64,000 nucleotides of DNA from a virus (taxonomy: Duplodnaviria; Caudoviricetes): positions 15,691 to 79,690 of the IMG/VR virus record IMGVR_UViG_2767802109_000003. One strand, written 5' to 3'. Positions within the stretch are counted from its first letter, which is position 1; every line of letters begins with the position of its first letter. Under the pieces are notes generated by a model. That model ran no database searches, was not told the origin of the DNA, and worked only from the letters and a program-made list of their open reading frames with translations. Shown in pieces: positions 62,502-64,000 of this stretch. Made by a program: the position numbers and the translations under genes.

Positions 62502-62927
62502 GTGAGAGAACCATGGGTGCGCCGTGGCTACGAGGAGACCCGGCTCTGGATGCGGATGCCGTTCAGTCGCGCCAACCGGGCATGGCTGCATGACGAACTG
62601 GGCGACCGCATCCGCCCGGACTGGAACAACACGGTACGCCCCGGACGGTGGGAGATAGCCAAGCCGCACTTGCGGACGCTCACCGAGGCCCTCGCCAACC
62701 GGTTCGGAGAGGTTCACGTCTACCTGGAGTTCTCGACCACCGAGCGATGCCACACCAAGTGCCAGGGAGCGAATGGGGATGACTGCACCTGCTCCTGCCG
62801 CGGGGAGCATCACGGTGGAGGCGTGTACTGGACGCATTGGCATCTTGTGGGCGAGGACATTCTCGTAGGCCCGGTCGGTCGAGTGGTGCGGCACTACATA
62901 GCAACGCCTGACAACATCGGATTCTAG
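62502..62927 (+). CDS. Hypothetical protein with C-terminal Cys cluster
   Basis: CHTKCQGANGDDCTCSCRGEHHG. Confidence 0.65.
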   Translation: MREPWVRRGYEETRLWMRMPFSRANRAWLHDELGDRIRPDWNNTVRPGRWEIAKPHLRTLTEALANRFGEVHVYLEFSTTERCHTKCQGANGDDCTCSCRGEHHGGGVYWTHWHLVGEDILVGPVGRVVRHYIATPDNIGF

Positions 62928-63166
62928 GTCTGCCCCTCGAGAGCTGGCCCCTCGTGCCAGACTTCCGTTGTGCCCCGTCGCGCATCCCCCGTCGCGACGG
63001 GGCTTCTGGCATTCTGGTGGTGGTCACGCTCGTCTGCTTGCGGGAAACCGGGGCGCCCGAGATCAGGTCGGTTCATAGCCGGGCGGGTTGTAAGCGCTGG
63101 CGCGCCGTGCGCGGTGCTCAGTGGTCGTGGTTTCGGTGCTGCCACCGTGGCGCGACGGCCAGACTC

Positions 63167-63203
63167 CGAGTGCCCTCCCTTGAGACGTGGGGGAGGGCAC
63201 TCG
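63167..63203. terminator. Perfect 13-bp hairpin, probable terminator
   Basis: CGAGTGCCCTCCC / GGGAGGGCACTCG. Confidence 0.6.
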
Positions 63204-63239
63204 CGTGGTCAGGTGTTGACACGGGCACGCTGGATCATG

Positions 63240-63425
63240 TCACCCGATTGGCGATCCGTTCAGTAGCCGGGCCAGTCTGCTCCGAGCCGTTGCAGCCTCC
63301 ACGTCATCGGAGGGAGCCTGCTCCAACGCGCGCAGCGTCGCCCGAGCCTGATCGCCGGTCAGGTATAGGGAGTAGACGCCCTCGTCACCGGCGAGTTCGG
63401 CAAACGCTTCCTGGAATGACTTCAC
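63240..63425 (-). CDS. Small hypothetical protein
   Basis: 61-aa ORF with plausible composition. Confidence 0.45.
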   Translation of the reverse strand: MKSFQEAFAELAGDEGVYSLYLTGDQARATLRALEQAPSDDVEAATARSRLARLLNGSPIG

Positions 63426-63464
63426 GGTGACGGCAACGGGGTGGACACCGAAGAGGTCACGGGA

Positions 63465-63650
63465 TCACGCCTTTACGGCGGGCAGTTCCCCGGGCTTGAC
63501 GGCCACCTCGTCGATGTCGCTGGCTCCGGCCGCCTCCAGCTCGGCCCGCCTCCGGTCGGCGCTGATCCGGTCGTAGGCGACGGCGGAGGCCCGCGGGGTG
63601 CCGTCGGGGTCGGTCCAGGTGAAGCTGTAGCTCTGCATCGTGATCGGCAT
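63465..63650 (-). CDS. Small hypothetical protein
   Basis: YSFTWTDPDGTPRASAVAYD..KPGE. Confidence 0.6.
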   Translation of the reverse strand: MPITMQSYSFTWTDPDGTPRASAVAYDRISADRRRAELEAAGASDIDEVAVKPGELPAVKA

Positions 63651-63748
63651 GAGGGCATTTTGCCTGGTGGCACTGACAGTTGTGCCGAATGGGGCGGCGC
63701 CCGCCCCTTCTGCCAGAGGCGGGCGCTGTGGTGTCGGGCTCCTGCTGT

Positions 63749-64000
63749 TCAGCTCTCGTGGATGTGGGCCAGGGTGCCGTCGTGCTGTTCGTAGTGGGAG
63801 AGGGCGAGGCCGAGGCCGAAGAAGGTGGGTGCCCATTCGCCGACGAAGAGGCCCCAGCGGTCGGCGCGGTCGACGTTGACGCCGGGCTCAACCTTGAGGC
63901 TGGTGGCCCAGGCGGCGACGGTGAGGCCGATGGAGGCGAAGGCGGCGAGGTAGGCGTGCTCGCTCTTGACGCCCTTCTCATGCAGCATTTTGACGATCAT
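63749..64000 (-). CDS. Small membrane protein, possibly host-derived
   Basis: Two TM helices; DRWGLFVGEWAPTFFGLG. Confidence 0.7.
   Translation of the reverse strand: MIVKMLHEKGVKSEHAYLAAFASIGLTVAAWATSLKVEPGVNVDRADRWGLFVGEWAPTFFGLGLALSHYEQHDGTLAHIHES

Larger units (their letters stand above)
1..62927. mobile_element. Temperate siphovirus-like prophage / phage-plasmid of a Streptomyces-type host (left end outside window, right end uncertain)
   Basis: Terminase, portal, capsid, tail, tape measure, lysin, holins, replication genes and tyrosine recombinase all present with intact ORFs; no att pair identified. Confidence 0.93.

Noticed and set aside
63167-63203. 13-bp inverted repeat as att site
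   Set aside because: GC-rich stem downstream of a convergent gene fits a terminator; no matching copy found
1-64000. CRISPR array, tRNA, rRNA, reverse transcriptase/DGR
   Set aside because: No regularly spaced repeats, cloverleaf or RT motifs recognised; no second copy of a tailspike segment noticed

Overview
High-GC (Streptomyces-type) window almost entirely occupied by a temperate siphovirus-like prophage or phage-plasmid, with its left end outside the window. Order: replication and early genes (1-9.5 kb; helicase-loader-like protein, C5 methyltransferase, MazG, LuxR-HTH, SLOG); a leftward block with HTH proteins, a second replication-initiator-like gene and a GntR/UTRA (KorSA-like) repressor (9.6-14 kb); a rightward plasmid/AICE-type spread and transfer operon with DUF2637/Spd-like membrane proteins and a TraB (FtsK/SpoIIIE) translocase (14.2-24.4 kb); more small early genes (24.4-29.7 kb); a packaging module (head morphogenesis, terS, terL, portal) inverted relative to the capsid and tail genes (29.7-34 kb); head-tail genes with a -1 frameshifted tail chaperone, a 1937-aa tape measure and a double beta-helix tailspike (34.2-52.9 kb); an antisense block of small genes; a lysis cassette interrupted by an exoribonuclease; and a tyrosine recombinase preceded by a dif/lox-like palindrome (60.2-61.8 kb). 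The main inference is an apparently complete virion-forming phage that also carries a repressor-controlled TraB conjugation module, a second replicon-like gene and a possible dimer-resolution system, so it may spread both as virions and by mycelial conjugation. Family assignments come from motif recognition by eye, not database searches. No tRNA, rRNA, CRISPR array or att pair was recognised.
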